From NCBI GenBank assembly GCA_025558095.1, contig JAIVFI010000027.1, positions 434,001 to 498,000 on the forward strand: 64,000 bases of DNA. The letters are read 5' to 3'. The DNA is from Hyaloraphidium curvatum SAG 235-1 (lineage: Eukaryota > Fungi > Monoblepharomycota). The translations under genes and the position numbers were made by a program. The notes beneath the pieces are model-generated. The model was given only the letters and a program-made list of their open reading frames with translations. It was not told the origin of the DNA and did not search any database. Of the stretch, positions 18,896 through 31,248 are shown piece by piece; position 1 is the stretch's first letter, and the number at the start of each line of letters is the position of its first letter.

Positions 18896-21360
18896 TCAAG
18901 GCGGCCCGCCCCACGACTCCATGACCGCGCACACCTGCGGGAACGCCGGCCTCTCCCCCGGCTCCTGCCTCCAGCACGCCTCCACCAGCTCCCAGGCGCG
19001 GTCCGGCACCCCTTCCGGCCTCTTTGGCCTTTCCCGTTTGTCGCAGACCTTGCGGATGATTGCGTGCGGGTTGCTGCCCTCGAACGGCCAACCCCCCTTG
19101 GAATACACCTCGAACGAGAGCATGGCGAACGCGTAGACGTCGGCCGGCGGGGCGAGCGGCCGCTCCTCGAAGAGCTCAGGCGCCATGAACCCGATCGTGC
19201 CGCGCAGCCCGCCCGCGGCGGTGCCCGAGGTCCGCGAGACCTCCTCGCGGAACTTGGCCAGGCCGAAGTCGGTGATCTTGGCCGTGTCCCTGTCGACGAG
19301 CACGTTGAGGCTCTTGAGGTCGCCGTGCAGGACGCGGAAGCTGTGCAGGTAGGCCATGCCGTCCGCCACGTCGCGCAGGAAGCGGGCACCGGCGGCGAGG
19401 TCCCAGTCCAGCTTCTCCATCCGCCGGCGCAGGTTGCCGTCCGTGACGAGCTCGCTGATCATGAGCGGAGGGTCCTCGACGAACGCGAGGAGGGGGAGGA
19501 TGTTGCGCTGGTTGAGGCCGGTCCAGACGGTGACCTCCTTGAGGAAGAGCTGCATCGTCCTGTGGTTGACCTCGCCCTTGATGGACTTGACGGCGACCTT
19601 GGTCGCGCCCCTGAGCACTCCCTGTCGCAACACGATTATCGATAAGCCGGCCTCGCACGCGGAAAAAGACCCACCTCATACACGATCCCGAACCCGCCCT
19701 CGCCCAGCTTGCGTCCGTAGTTGATCTCCACCTCGGACGCCTCCACCTTGAGCCTCGAGATCGCATCGGCCGCCCCGGGGCCCAGCACCGGCGTCCCCGG
19801 CACGGAACCCTTGGAACCCGAGCCGCCGGCCGCGGGGGTGGACGGGGGCCCGCTCCCCCAGGGGAACCCGCTGCGCTCGATGCCGCCGGCGGGATCGGTG
19901 GCAGCCGTTCTGAGTCCGGGGGTGGGGAGGGAAAAGGGGGCCGGTTCGGCCGCCGGGAAGGGGGCGGAAAACACCTCGGCGGGCCGCGCGGGGCGCTCCG
20001 GTCCCGGGGCCGCGCGGGGGCGCTCGGGTGCGGCGGTCGATCTGGTTTCCCCCCCGCGGCCACCGTGGGAGGACCCCGAATCGGACCCGATCCAGCGCCT
20101 CAGGGCGGTGTACCTTGCCGTGGCTTCCACGTCGAGCTCGCGCTGCCGCTTTTCCTCCTCCACGGCGTCCTCGATCTCGTCCGCCTCGGCCATCTTGTGC
20201 TCCGCGGCTTCGCTGACGCGGGCGACGGCCTGCTTGCGCCTGTTTAGCTTCTCCGTGGCCTGGGCGATGGCCTCCCCCACGATCCGGCGGTCCCTGTCGA
20301 TGGCCTCGTAGCGGGCCAGGATCTCGTTGGCCAGCGCGTCGAGCTCGGCGCGGTAGCCCTGCCCCGTCGCAATCTCCCCCTGCAGCCTGGCCATGTCCGC
20401 GCGGAAGGACGCCTGCGAGACGTCCTCCTGCTCCTTGCCGATCGTCTCTGCGCGCCGCTCCAGCACCTCGAGCCTGTCCGCCTGGTGGCCCTTTGCCTCG
20501 GCCTGGTACTCTGCGTCCAGCACGGCGTGCCGCTGCCGCGAGACGAGGTAACGCAGCTTGAGCAGCGCGCCCAGGTTGTCGTACGCCTCGCCGCGCAGCC
20601 GCTTGAGCTCCTGCGAAACCGGGGCTTCGGTCGGCGCCAGCGCGCGGAGCCGCTCGTTCCGCGGGCCCAGCTCGGCGAGCAGCCGCGCGAGCTCCCGCTT
20701 GCTCCCCTGTATGTCGTGCTCCAGAGCGGCGACCTCGGCGTCGAGCGCGGCCGACTGCGCGACCGCCTCGGGCACGGCCGCGAGCTTGCCGGCGACAAAG
20801 GCCCTGCGGTCCTCGAGCATCCGCAGCCGCTCCAGCATCGTGCGCCGCGTGTTGTCCCGCAGCCGCGCGAGCTCCGCGTCGCGGCGGAGCTCCTCCTCGA
20901 GCCGCGCGCGCTCGGCCGCCTCGCGCCGCAGCCGCTCCTGCACTTCCGCGGCCCGCAGGCGTTCCTCGTCCTCCCTGCGGGCCCGGTCCGCCGCCAGCAT
21001 CTGCCTCTCGAGGTCCGACGGGTCGGGGAAGGCGCCCGGGGCGCGATCGGGGCCGGGGCGGGGGGGCCGGGCGATCGATGCCGCGGGCAGCGTGCCGAAC
21101 GAGTGCGCCTGCGGGTACAGGGCGCCCGCGGCCGGTGCGGGGCCGGCAGCTGGTGCGACGCCGGGGTGGACCGGAGCATGCTGCTGCGCGGGAGGCGGAG
21201 GCTGGCCGGCCGCGCCCGAGACCGAGGCCGCGGGAGGGGCAGCTGCCTGCGCGGTGCCCACGGTCGATGCCGCCGCGGGGACGCTGCCGGGGCCCGGGAG
21301 GGAGCTGCCCGGCTTCACGGCTCCGGATTCCCGCGGTGGTTGGCCCGGCGGCGCGGACAT
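18896..21360 (-). CDS. Tyrosine-kinase-like (TKL) protein kinase with long coiled-coil N-terminal region, 1 intron
   Basis: GEGGFG, VAVK, HGDLKSLN, DFG, APE, DVYAF, RPAF. Intron at about 19623-19674. Confidence 0.92.
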
Positions 21361-21902
21361 CGCGGCGGCAGGTGTCCAAGTCGCCGAGAGGGGCTACGCC
21401 GCTGGACCCGTGATCGCGACTGACACCGTCACGGACTCTTCGCACGAACCGTCGTCAGCAGGCTGCTCTTCTTGTCTGCACGGTACCAGTTAGGGCTTTG
21501 GCTAGACCATCCTATTCGTGGGGCCGCAATTCGCTTCTCTGCTCGTTGCCCGCAGGTCGTGGGGGGAACGAGGGCCGGAGAGACGCCCTTGGCCGCATCC
21601 CGCTTGCCGGCACGCAGACGATGGCCAATCGCAATCGTTCCTCGTCTATGAGCACTTTTGAGCTCGTTCCCGTTGGATGCTTTCGGCGATCAGTCCTGGA
21701 CGAGCGAATGTCTGCCCAAGACCGTGCCATTCCTGTCCTGGATGCTCACGACGGCATTCCGCCGGCGGACCGCTCAGGACCATCTTCAATCTGCTTCTAG
21801 AGTACGCTGCAGCCGGCTCGGGGCCCGGAAGGCGTGATCGGGGTGTCATCAATCCCAAGGGGACCCGGCGCCACCCTCGCCGCTTGCTGTCGGAGCGGGG
21901 CG

Positions 21903-23720
21903 ATGCCGCCGCCGACGCCGCCGCTGCTCGACGGGCTAGCAATATCGCGGACGCCGTCGCCGTTCCGGCGCAACTCGCTGTGGACGGTGCCCGAGCCGCC
22001 GGACGCGGCGGGCGGAGTGTCCCCCGACGGCCCGCCGCCCGAGGTGCTCGAGGTGCCCGCGGCCGCGCTGTCGCTCGTGCTGTCTTCTGAGAGCGACGAC
22101 GCGGTGGTATTGCCCGCGGAGGACGACTCGCCGCCCGACGATGCGCCGCGCGGCATGCTGCCTGCCCTGCCGCGGGACGCCCTGCCCGCCCCGACGGCGC
22201 CGCTGCCCCTGCCGGACCCCGACCACTCCTCGCACGCGCAGATCATCACGCCTAACACGTCGCCCGGGCGGGACGCCCCGCGGCAGCGCAAGCTCACGCG
22301 CCCGATCGTGTCGTTCGCCGCCGCCGCGCAGCAGGGCTTCCGCCTGGTCGGCCAGCGGCGGGCGAGGCTGCACGACCAGATGGAGGACGTCGAGTGGGCC
22401 GCCGAGCCGTTTGCGCACCCGGTCTCGGGCCTGCCGGTGTGGCTGCTCGTGCTGGCCGACGGACACGGCGGCGTGGGCGCGCCGACCTTCTTCGTCGGCA
22501 GGCTGCGCGAGCTCGTCGTGCCCGTGCTCACGGGACGCGACTGGGACTTCGACGAGGTCGCGGACCGCAACGAGTTTTCCAACTTGGTGCGGGGGCTGTA
22601 CGCGTCCATGGACGACGAGTACGTGAACCTCAAGAAACTCGAGTACCTCGCGTGGCGCGAGGCCGGCGCGACCGACGCCAACGGCGCGAAAAAGCCCGTG
22701 GACGACGGATGCACGCTGATCCTGAACTGCGTCTACAACGGGTACCTGGTGAACGTCAATGTGGTGGGTAGCTCTCGCACTTGGATTCCAGTTTGCCCGC
22801 TAAGGCGCTTCCAGGGCGACTCGCGGACCGTCCTCGGCCGCCAGGCCCGCCCCCTGCTCGAGCACGCGGGCCTCCCCGCCGCCTCCCCAGCCGCCTCGCT
22901 CTCCTCCTCCTCCTCCTCGACGGCCTCCAACATCTCGGCGCCGCGGCAGCGCTGGTCCCTCTATTTTTCCTCGGTCGACCACTCGCCCTCTCACCCCGAA
23001 AAGGCGCTCTGGGTCTCGCGCCACGGGGGAATCTTCATCAACGACAACGGCACGCGGCGCAACGTCAAGATCGACGAGAAGCGCAAGAAGCCGTACCAGG
23101 ACCTCGTGGGCGCGCGGATCCTGCGCCCGCTGGACGACAACGTCAAGGTCCCGCCGCCCGGAAACCCACGTCCAACCCGCTCTGACCGCCGATCCCGTTC
23201 CCCGCAGGCCATCGGCGTCTCCCACCTCCGCACCCTCAACCTGGCCTCCACCATGGGCGACCTCCTCTACAAGATCCCCCCCGCCGTGCTGTCCCCCCTC
23301 CCGGACGTCTCCTTCGTCCGGCTGACCCCGCAGTACGACTACCTCCTCGTCGCCGCCACGGACGGCCTCTGGGACCATCTGAAGACGTCGGCGGCGCCGG
23401 AGGGGCAGGCGAGGAGCGTGGTGGCGTGGGCGGGGGACGAGTGGGACCGGATCGGGGAGGCCGAGTTCGCGGCCGACGGGCAGGGGGTGCCGGCTGCCGC
23501 GAGGCACGCTCCGGGGTCCGGTGGTCCGGATGGGGAGGAGGAGGAGGAGGACGGGCCGACGGCGGTGCGGACGCGATGCGGGGGGACCAACGGCCGGCTT
23601 TTGGAGAAGCTGGCAAGGCGGTTGGCGGACCGGGAGCGCAACTCGGAGCTGTTCTTCGGGGGGTGGATCCGCGTGGACGACGCGATGGTGGTCGTGGCGC
23701 ACGTGAGGGGGCTGGAATGA
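21903..23720 (+). CDS. PP2C-family protein phosphatase, 2 introns
   Basis: ADGHGG, DGCT, spliced NV-GDSR, STMGD, ATDGLWD, DDAMVVV. In-frame introns at about 22764-22814 and 23147-23206. Confidence 0.9.
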   Translation: MPPPTPPLLDGLAISRTPSPFRRNSLWTVPEPPDAAGGVSPDGPPPEVLEVPAAALSLVLSSESDDAVVLPAEDDSPPDDAPRGMLPALPRDALPAPTAPLPLPDPDHSSHAQIITPNTSPGRDAPRQRKLTRPIVSFAAAAQQGFRLVGQRRARLHDQMEDVEWAAEPFAHPVSGLPVWLLVLADGHGGVGAPTFFVGRLRELVVPVLTGRDWDFDEVADRNEFSNLVRGLYASMDDEYVNLKKLEYLAWREAGATDANGAKKPVDDGCTLILNCVYNGYLVNVNVVGSSRTWIPVCPLRRFQGDSRTVLGRQARPLLEHAGLPAASPAASLSSSSSSTASNISAPRQRWSLYFSSVDHSPSHPEKALWVSRHGGIFINDNGTRRNVKIDEKRKKPYQDLVGARILRPLDDNVKVPPPGNPRPTRSDRRSRSPQAIGVSHLRTLNLASTMGDLLYKIPPAVLSPLPDVSFVRLTPQYDYLLVAATDGLWDHLKTSAAPEGQARSVVAWAGDEWDRIGEAEFAADGQGVPAAARHAPGSGGPDGEEEEEDGPTAVRTRCGGTNGRLLEKLARRLADRERNSELFFGGWIRVDDAMVVVAHVRGLE

Positions 23721-23832
23721 TACCTGCGCGGGCGAACGGTCCAACAGGAAGCATGTAAAGCACTGTATGGTGAATCACGAATAACCGGCGCGGCTCCGCG
23801 CCAAAATGTGCCCGAGGCGGCCTTCCCGTCCC

Positions 23833-24887
23833 CTACTTCGACTCGGACGTTGGTGCCCCCGCCCACTTTGCCCTGAACCCGTCGTACAGCCCCCCAAAAG
23901 CGACCTTGAACCTGTCTGCCACGGCCCCCGCCGAATCCAGCGCCGGCCGCACGTCCACGCTGAAGGTGGGCTGCCCGGGTGCCTCGTCCGGGCCGGCGTA
24001 GTAGTCGATCACGTAGCGGACCGTCTTTTTGCCGCAGCGGTCGACGAACCAGTCGTGGCGGTCGAAGGGCTTCGGGGAGCTGGACGCGAGGGCGATCAGA
24101 CGACACCTGGCCAAAAAGGGAGGCCACACGCACCCGAAAAAGGTGGTCATCATCCGCGCACGCGGCGAAAGATCGCTGGGCCGGCCCTGGAACCGCAGCA
24201 GGGTGGGGTTGGCGCAGTCGCTGGATCACGCCGGATCAGCGGATCAGATCCGTGCCCGCCGATGCCCGCCGTCCGCCGGCAAAAGATCCAACCCACCACT
24301 CGTGCATCTTTTCCCATTTGAGAATCTCCTGCCAGCATGCCTCGTTCAGGAAGTTGTGGATGTCCACCATCACGGGGACCTCCTCCTCGGGCGTCTCCCA
24401 GCCCTTGCGCTTCAGGGCGTTCTAAATCCCGTGGAAACAGCGCGCGGTAACACGTGAGCTTCCGAATAAACGGCAACCGAAAGGCAACCGACGCCCGGTG
24501 TACCCGGGGCGGCGGTCGGCTACCCACGTAGAACTGCTGCGGGCTCGGGTAGACCCAGACCTTGTCGTCCTTGGCCCCGTACCGCTCCTCGTCCATGTCC
24601 GTCGCCGCCGACTTGGGGATCGTCGAAAAGGAGCGCTCCGTCGGCAGCGCGGCCTTCTGCTCCGGGTGAGGCGCCTGCGAGAGCTCCGGCATCATGTTGC
24701 GGGGGTTGATCTTCTCCTCCGCCGCGGGCGGGGCGGTGACCGCCTGGGCCTGCTGCATTTTGGCCACGTGGGCGTAGAATGGGTGGGAGGGGTCGATTTT
24801 GGAGAGGTCGAGGTTCTTGTGGTCGACGGGGCACTTTGCCGCGGCGTCGCCCTCGGATGGCCGCGAGGCGGGCGAGGCGGAGGCCAT
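23833..24887 (-). CDS. CYC3: Holocytochrome c synthase (cytochrome c heme lyase), 3 introns
   Basis: CPV heme-regulatory motif, NPxNxMP, STIPK, WVYPSPQQFY-NALKRKG, IHNFLNEACW, PFDRHDW, RYVIDYY. Confidence 0.95.
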
Positions 24888-25333
24888 CGCGGCGGGGCGA
24901 GGGAAGACCGGAAGAGTAGGAAGGTGCGGAGCGGGACGAGCTCGGCGGAACGAAATAGGTTTGGTGGCGTTGGAGAGAAAGAATCGGCGGGGACCGGGAA
25001 GGCCCGCCTGAGACCCTAACTTGCGCGATGACGCGGCAGATGCGGATTCCACCTTTGAAGCGTCTGCATAGGACAAAAGCATCTGCTTTTACTGGTTTCT
25101 CGTTCGTCGAACCTGCCTACGTCTGGCCCGGGCGGACAGCTTGAAGCTACTTGGCCGGTTGCGACGGGGACGGACTGTGGTGTGATCGGCTCCTCTCCAA
25201 CAAGCGCATTGCAGATGTATCTTAGGACGAAGCAGAGAATGGCCTTTATCGGAATGGGGTCTGACTTTAGGAGTGTTCGGAGGCCGCCTTCTATTCTGTC
25301 TCCCGCATTGCACCCGGCAGGCGACCGCCAAAC

Positions 25334-26884
25334 ATGTGGGGAATCCGCGCTCCGACGCAGAAAGAGCTACGCGACGAGCTCCCGCGCGTCGCCGAGGGTT
25401 GGCGCAACGCCGACCCGCTGGAGGTCCCGGAGCTCACGGAGCTCAGGGTCGAAGGCACTGTTCCCCCCGGCCTCCGCGGGACCTTCTTCCGCAATGGACC
25501 GGGTTTCAACGTGGTCTACGGTCAGCAGCTCAAGCACCCCATCGACGGGGACGGGCTCGTGGCCGGGGTTTCGTTCGCGGACGGGCGCGTCTTCTTCCGT
25601 TCGCGCTTCGTAAACACCAAGACCCACGAGGAGGAGAAGGCCGCCGGCAGGATGCTTTACGATGGCCAAATGGGCTCCCGCGCCCCAAAGGACGGCAAAA
25701 AGCCAGGGTGGCGCGACCCAGCACACACCAACGTTGCCCTGATGGGCACCAGGCTCATTGCGATGCACGAATACGCCCTACCTCACGCCCTGGACCCGAA
25801 CACACTCGAAACGATAGGGCAGGACACTTTCGGTGGCGCGCTGGAGCTGCGCACCATGTCGGCTCACTTCCGCAACGACCCCGACATGGACCGCGTCGTC
25901 ACGGTCGCGTTCAAGCCCGGCGTACCGCTGCTCAAGCGCCCGCCCTTTGTGAGCTTCTACGAGTTCGACATGTCCTGCACGAAGCTCCTGCATGCGGCAC
26001 GCCACTCGCTCAAGGACGTCAACTACGCTCACGACTTTGGCCTCAGCCCGAGCTGGTACCTGGTGCACGTCTCGCCCTTCATCGACACGACCGACGACAC
26101 CCTCAAGGCCATCCAGGCCGGCAAACTCACCGCCGGCGAAACCACGAAATACGTCCCCGGTGCGGCGTCGCAGTTCGTGCTCATCCAGCGCGGCGTGGAC
26201 GCCAAGAAAGCCCAGGTCGTGCGCGTGGACGTGGAGCCGTTCCACATCTACCACTATGCCAACGTGCGCGAGGATCCCGCCACCGGCGCGGTCACGTTCC
26301 AGGCCTGCTGCCTTCCTCCAAACTTCAACATGGACTGGCAGCACCGCGCGTTCCTCTCCAACTCGGCCGATGCCCCCGGCATCATGCGCGAGTTCACCAT
26401 CGACCCCCGCGACGGCGGCAGCCTGTCGGCCAGGCCGTTGCCGGGGCTCGAGACCACCGGCTGCGAGTTCCCGACGACCAACCCCTGGCGCAGCTGCGTC
26501 CGCGACCCCGCCGTCTCCACCCGCTTCTTCTACCTCATGGCTTCCCGCCCCGGCGTCGCCCTGCCCTTCTCCGACGTCGTCAAGTACAACACCGCCACGG
26601 GAAAGGTCCAGAGGTGGCACTCGGGCGGCGTCGTCGGGGAGCCCTGCTTCGTCCCCAGGCTGGGCCGCGCGTCGGCCAAGTCCGGGGACGAGGACGACGG
26701 CTGGGTGGTGGTGCAGGTGCGCGAGGGCGAACAGGTCTCGTTCTGCGTGCTCGACGCCAGGCGGATCGCGGCCGGGCCGGTTTGCAGGGCCGTCCTGCCG
26801 TTCCACCTGCCGTACGCGTTCCACGGGACGTGGGCGGACGGCGTGGTGCCGGAGGTTGCCGGGGCTGCAAAGGCGAAGCTGTGA
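25334..26884 (+). CDS. Carotenoid/apocarotenoid oxygenase (RPE65/CCD family), intronless
   Basis: GTVPPGLRGTFFRNGPG, HPIDGDG, four Fe-ligand histidines (SAH, AHDF, YHYAN, FHGTW), EFP, GEPCFVPR, EDDGW. Confidence 0.93.
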   Translation: MWGIRAPTQKELRDELPRVAEGWRNADPLEVPELTELRVEGTVPPGLRGTFFRNGPGFNVVYGQQLKHPIDGDGLVAGVSFADGRVFFRSRFVNTKTHEEEKAAGRMLYDGQMGSRAPKDGKKPGWRDPAHTNVALMGTRLIAMHEYALPHALDPNTLETIGQDTFGGALELRTMSAHFRNDPDMDRVVTVAFKPGVPLLKRPPFVSFYEFDMSCTKLLHAARHSLKDVNYAHDFGLSPSWYLVHVSPFIDTTDDTLKAIQAGKLTAGETTKYVPGAASQFVLIQRGVDAKKAQVVRVDVEPFHIYHYANVREDPATGAVTFQACCLPPNFNMDWQHRAFLSNSADAPGIMREFTIDPRDGGSLSARPLPGLETTGCEFPTTNPWRSCVRDPAVSTRFFYLMASRPGVALPFSDVVKYNTATGKVQRWHSGGVVGEPCFVPRLGRASAKSGDEDDGWVVVQVREGEQVSFCVLDARRIAAGPVCRAVLPFHLPYAFHGTWADGVVPEVAGAAKAKL

Positions 26885-28297
26885 AGGGGTGGATCGGTTG
26901 AGGGGAAAGATCCTGCGGAGTCAGCTGTAATACATCAATATTCTCTGCAAGGCTGCGATAGACTTCGCGGAGGAACTCCGTCCCCGCACCTTTAAGCTTC
27001 GCATGGCTCGTAGAGCAACAATGGAAGGGATCCCGGTGTCGCAATCCGTGCAGGGGTCGCCTCGAACCGGCCCAAAGTTGGACAGTTGCGAGGCCGAGAT
27101 CTCGTCTGATCCAACTTAGAACGGGAACTCGGCCCCGTGCCGCCTTCGACGCCCATAGCAGCGGAGACCAAATGCAATGGTTGCTTGTGCCGAAATCCGT
27201 CCAGAAAACGCCTCGACCCTGCCGGAATGTAGCCCGGGCGGCAACACTCCGGGGAAACCTAAAGAAGCAAGCTCCTACGTGCCACGGCTCCCGCGACGAA
27301 TATTGAGCGAGCTAAACGGCTCGATCGTCAGTAGACATCCATTTTCTGCAGCCAATCTGTGAGTGAGGGCCGTCGGGGAGCGAAGGGAAAGGGGCGTCAC
27401 ATGCCGTTTCCGCTCACCCCTTCGGTTCTTCGCCACGGGCGGCCCCCACCTCATCTCTCATCCGCGGGGCACATCCCGCCTGAGGGGAAGGCTGCTTCGT
27501 TCCGGCCTTTCTGAGCACCCGGCTCTTGCTCCATCGCGGCCCGGTTTGCCTCGGGTTGCCGCAAAGGTCGGAAAGCGGAAGCTAGCCGAGCGGCCCGACT
27601 TGGCTTCCCCGGGTCACTCCCCTCGCCGGCTGGGTGCCCCTGCGGCGCAGCCTGCATCTTTACACGGTGCGACTCTGCTGACTCTGTCCTCTGCGCGATG
27701 GGCGCCGGTGGGGGACGCGGGGGGGCCCCGTCGGGTGACTCGTCGCCGGCTGCTTCCGGCACCGGCTCTACGTCCCGCGGGGTCTACAACGCCGCTGATT
27801 CGGCGACGCTCGAAGGACACTGCGGCTCCAGGTCCGGCCGGGACCTCTCTAGGGGCAAGCGGGGCCTCACCCGCGCCGCCGACGGCACCGACACGCCAGG
27901 GGTGCGGCGTTTCGCTCCAAGGGACCGAATCGCCGTGCACCCTGCACGCCAGCCTGCCAACCTGATGGACAGTACTGTCTGCACCACAAGGGGGGCACGT
28001 GGGGCTCCCGGGGGCCGCAGCTCCGCGGAGACGGGCGATCGATCAACGTTTGGGCTGCCCTCCATTGGTTCCCTGCTGGCTCCCTCGCTGGGCTCGCCGT
28101 CGCACTTTGGCGCCGCAGCCTTGCTACTAGGCGTCTTTGATTTCGCCGGCCGGCCGAGCTCCTCCCTCTTCCCGGCCCTGGCGGCAGCCGGCCCCGTGGC
28201 ACACTCGGCTTCGGCCGGTGCCATGGTCCTCCCGCAGCCCGTGGCCGTCGCCTCATCCTCCCCTGCCCGTTCTCCCGCCGAATCGCACCCTTCGAGC

Positions 28298-29279
28298 ATG
28301 GACGCCGTCAACGCGGTGCTCAAATCGGACTCGTTCATCCAGCTCGTGGCCGGTGGCGCCGCCGGCGCTGCCTCACGCACGGCCGTGAGCCCGTTCGAGC
28401 GGACCAAGATCCTGTTCCAGATACAGAGCGCGAGCCCGATGGGCTACCATCACAAGGGCACCTTCGATACGCTCAGGTGGATCTACAGGACTGAGGGGCT
28501 TGCCGGCTACTTCAAAGGCAATGGGACCAACGTCGTCCGGATGGTGCCTTACTCGGCCGTGCAGGTGGGTTCTGGTCCCAGCTTGGGCGATCATCGATGG
28601 TCTGATCGGCCTCTTTCCTCAGTTCGCTTCGTACGAGTATTACAAGAAGGCGATCCGATATCTGAGCGATGAAGAGGAGATGGACACGCCCAAGCGCCTT
28701 TTGGCAGGCGCCCTGGCCGGCATCACCTCGGTCACCGCCACCTACCCCCTGGACCTTGTCCGAACGCGCCTGTCGATGGAGTCGGCGCGGGGCGGGCCGA
28801 AAAAGGGCATATGGCCGGTGCTCAAGGAGGTCTACCGCAACGAGGGCGGCTTCCCTGCGCTCTACCGCGGCCTGGTGCCCACCGCCGGCGGCGTGGCGCC
28901 CTACGTCGCCCTCAACTTCGCTTCGTACGAGCTCCTGCGGCAGTACCTCTCCTCCTCGGACCCCGCATCCGCGGGCCCGACCAACCTGCAGAAGCTCTCT
29001 GCCGGCGCCCTCGCCGGCGGCCTCTCGCAGACCATCACCTACCCGCTGGACCTCCTCCGCCGCCGCATGCAGGTGGCCTCGCTGCCGGGGTACCCGACGC
29101 CGTACCGCAACACGTGGGACTGCGTCAAGTCCATCTGGCGCACCGAGGGGCCGAGGGGGTTCTACAAGGGGATGGTGGCAAACTACCTCAAGATCGTGCC
29201 GGCGAACGCGGTGGCGTTCGTGACGTACGAGATCGTCAAGACGGGGATGGGCGGCGCGCACACCAAGGGAGAAATGTAG
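28298..29279 (+). CDS. Mitochondrial carrier (SLC25; CoA/adenine-nucleotide carrier, YPR011C/SLC25A42-like), 1 intron
   Basis: Three Px[DE]xx[KR] repeats (PFERTK, PLDLVR, PLDLLR) and KGNGTNVVRMVPYSAVQ. Intron at 28565-28622. The frame is also open upstream of this ATG. Confidence 0.92.
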
Positions 29280-29525
29280 GCACGGAACGGTCTTTGAACC
29301 CGGAAAAGGCAAGGGCGACGAGGTGGAAGCAGAAACGAGAACGGAAGAAGCGAAACGAATCTTGATGTATAGACGATCGCAAAAGGACGAATAAGTTGCG
29401 CTGCAAAAAGAAACAGGAACCACTTTGAACTGGACTCTTCTCATGAGTGTTAAGCACTGGACTTGTCCAGGACGGCAACCAGCCAAGCTGTCCCAATGGG
29501 TATCCATTCCAAGCACAGAGGCCGA

Positions 29526-30854
29526 TTACGATTCCATTCCGTCCCCGCCGCTGCCGGCCTCCACGGGCTTTCCCGAGCCCAGACCGGGGTGCGCCTGCTG
29601 TTCCGAGAAGTACGAGGCCGGGATGTGCTCCGTAAGGACGCGGAGGATGTCGGTGAGCGAGATGACGAAGGAAGGCTTGCCCGCTGGGTGAAGAACGCCC
29701 GTTCGGTCAGCAAATGCCCGCGCCACCCGGCAAAAATGGACCCACCCTCGTCAACGCCCCACACCCTGTGCCCGCCCGTGGCCACGCACAGCCCCCACAC
29801 CCTCTGCAGCGTCTCCCCGCCCCGCACCGTCCAGACGGGGAACCTGTCCCCCGCGTCGGGCCGCTCCAGCGCCGCCGCCTGCGCGATGGCGTGTATGAAG
29901 GGGAGCAGGGGCTGGGAGAGGAGGTGGATGTGGCTGGGCTGGCTGGACTGCCCGCGGCCGGTGGTGGGGGGGTGGAGCACGTGCTTGACTGTTGGACGAG
30001 GCAGGCTCGGTCAGAAAAGGCGTCCACGGGGAAAGGAGCCAACCCACCGTCGCTCATGCTGACGTTGCCCACGACCCTGCCCATCTCGACGACGGGCAAG
30101 GCCTGGACGTTGTGCTCGGCCATCATCTCGAGGGCGTCGAGCACCTTTTTCCGGGAGTCGATGAAGACGACGTGGTGGTGGCGGGTGAGGCCGAGCGAGG
30201 CGATCGGGGTCTTGAGGAGGGGAGCGAGGCTCTCGTAGGGGGGTTTGTGGTTCAGGAGGTACTTGAGGATGTGGCTGCGGGGCCACGGAACGCGTCAGTT
30301 GGGCCCCGGCGCTCCTTCGGCCGCTTGTACTGGCCCACCTCTGGGTGAGGACGCCGACGAGCCCGCCCGTGGCATCCCCTTTCCCGATGACTCCGACTCT
30401 CCGCATGCCGCCCCCGAGCGCGCCGACGACGGCGCCGAGCTCCTCGTCCTCGGTCACGGTTGCCCAGGGATTCGAGAGCGACGCGTCGGTGAGGGTCGCC
30501 ACGGGGGTCGGCAGCGAGGCCAGGTGCGAGGCCACGGTCTTTGAAATCGAAGTCGGCGACGTCGGCGTGGGCGGCGGCGTCGACGGCGGGGCCTTGACGA
30601 TCTGCACGATCCAGCTGACGAGGTCCGCGTAGTCGAAGGATCCCACCCAGCTCGCGGTGGCCGGGTCCCAGCTAACACGGGGGCCAGTCAGGGCGCGCCT
30701 TTCTGGCTGGAGAGCGCACGTACACGGGCACCGACGACACGCGGCTGCGGATGAGCATCTCGACGGCCTTCTCGACGGGGTCGTCCGCGAGCGCGACGAT
30801 GGGCCGCTGGCCGGCCACGATGTCGCCCACGCGCACGCGGAACCAGTCGGCCAT
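29526..30854 (-). CDS. Tandem CBS-domain protein (AMPK-gamma/SDS23-like), several introns
   Basis: Four CBS-like repeats: SSVPVY-D...VGSFDYADL, RRVGV...VGVLTQ, QALPVV...VGNVSMSD, HRVWGVD...VISLTDILR. Confidence 0.85.
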
Positions 30855-31248
30855 CGCGGCGGACGCGGCGGTTCGCCGGCGGGCTGTAAGGGGTGTGGGC
30901 AGGGAGGGGATGTGCTTCTTAAAACCAGGCGTCCTGTCCCCAACAACCGTCGCGGACGGTGACCAATGGCCGGAGCACCGAATCGGCCAGCAAGACAAGA
31001 GTTCCTTCAGAAATGGATACAATGCTCCGTCGAATGCTGACCGCATTCGATCTCGTGTTCTCTCATCTGGAAGAAGGCCGATCTCGACGTTGCCGTGTCG
31101 TGAATCATCACTGCTACTCGCCAAGTGGAGCGGATCCATGTTCCCTCTAGCAATCGTTCAATGGAAATAGCGAAGTTACAGTTACGAGATCTTTCAAGAT
31201 TCGCACTTTTCGGCGTCCATCACCACATTTGCCCGTCGTCGCGAGAGA

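Noticed and set aside
22764-23206. Stopless in-frame (3n) introns as regulated intron retention
   Set aside because: Short GC-rich introns rarely contain stops and a third are 3n by chance. The sample is too small.
27698-28297. 200-aa N-terminal extension of the mitochondrial carrier
   Set aside because: Low-complexity open frame with no motif (no EF-hands). It cannot be told apart from a GC-rich 5' UTR.
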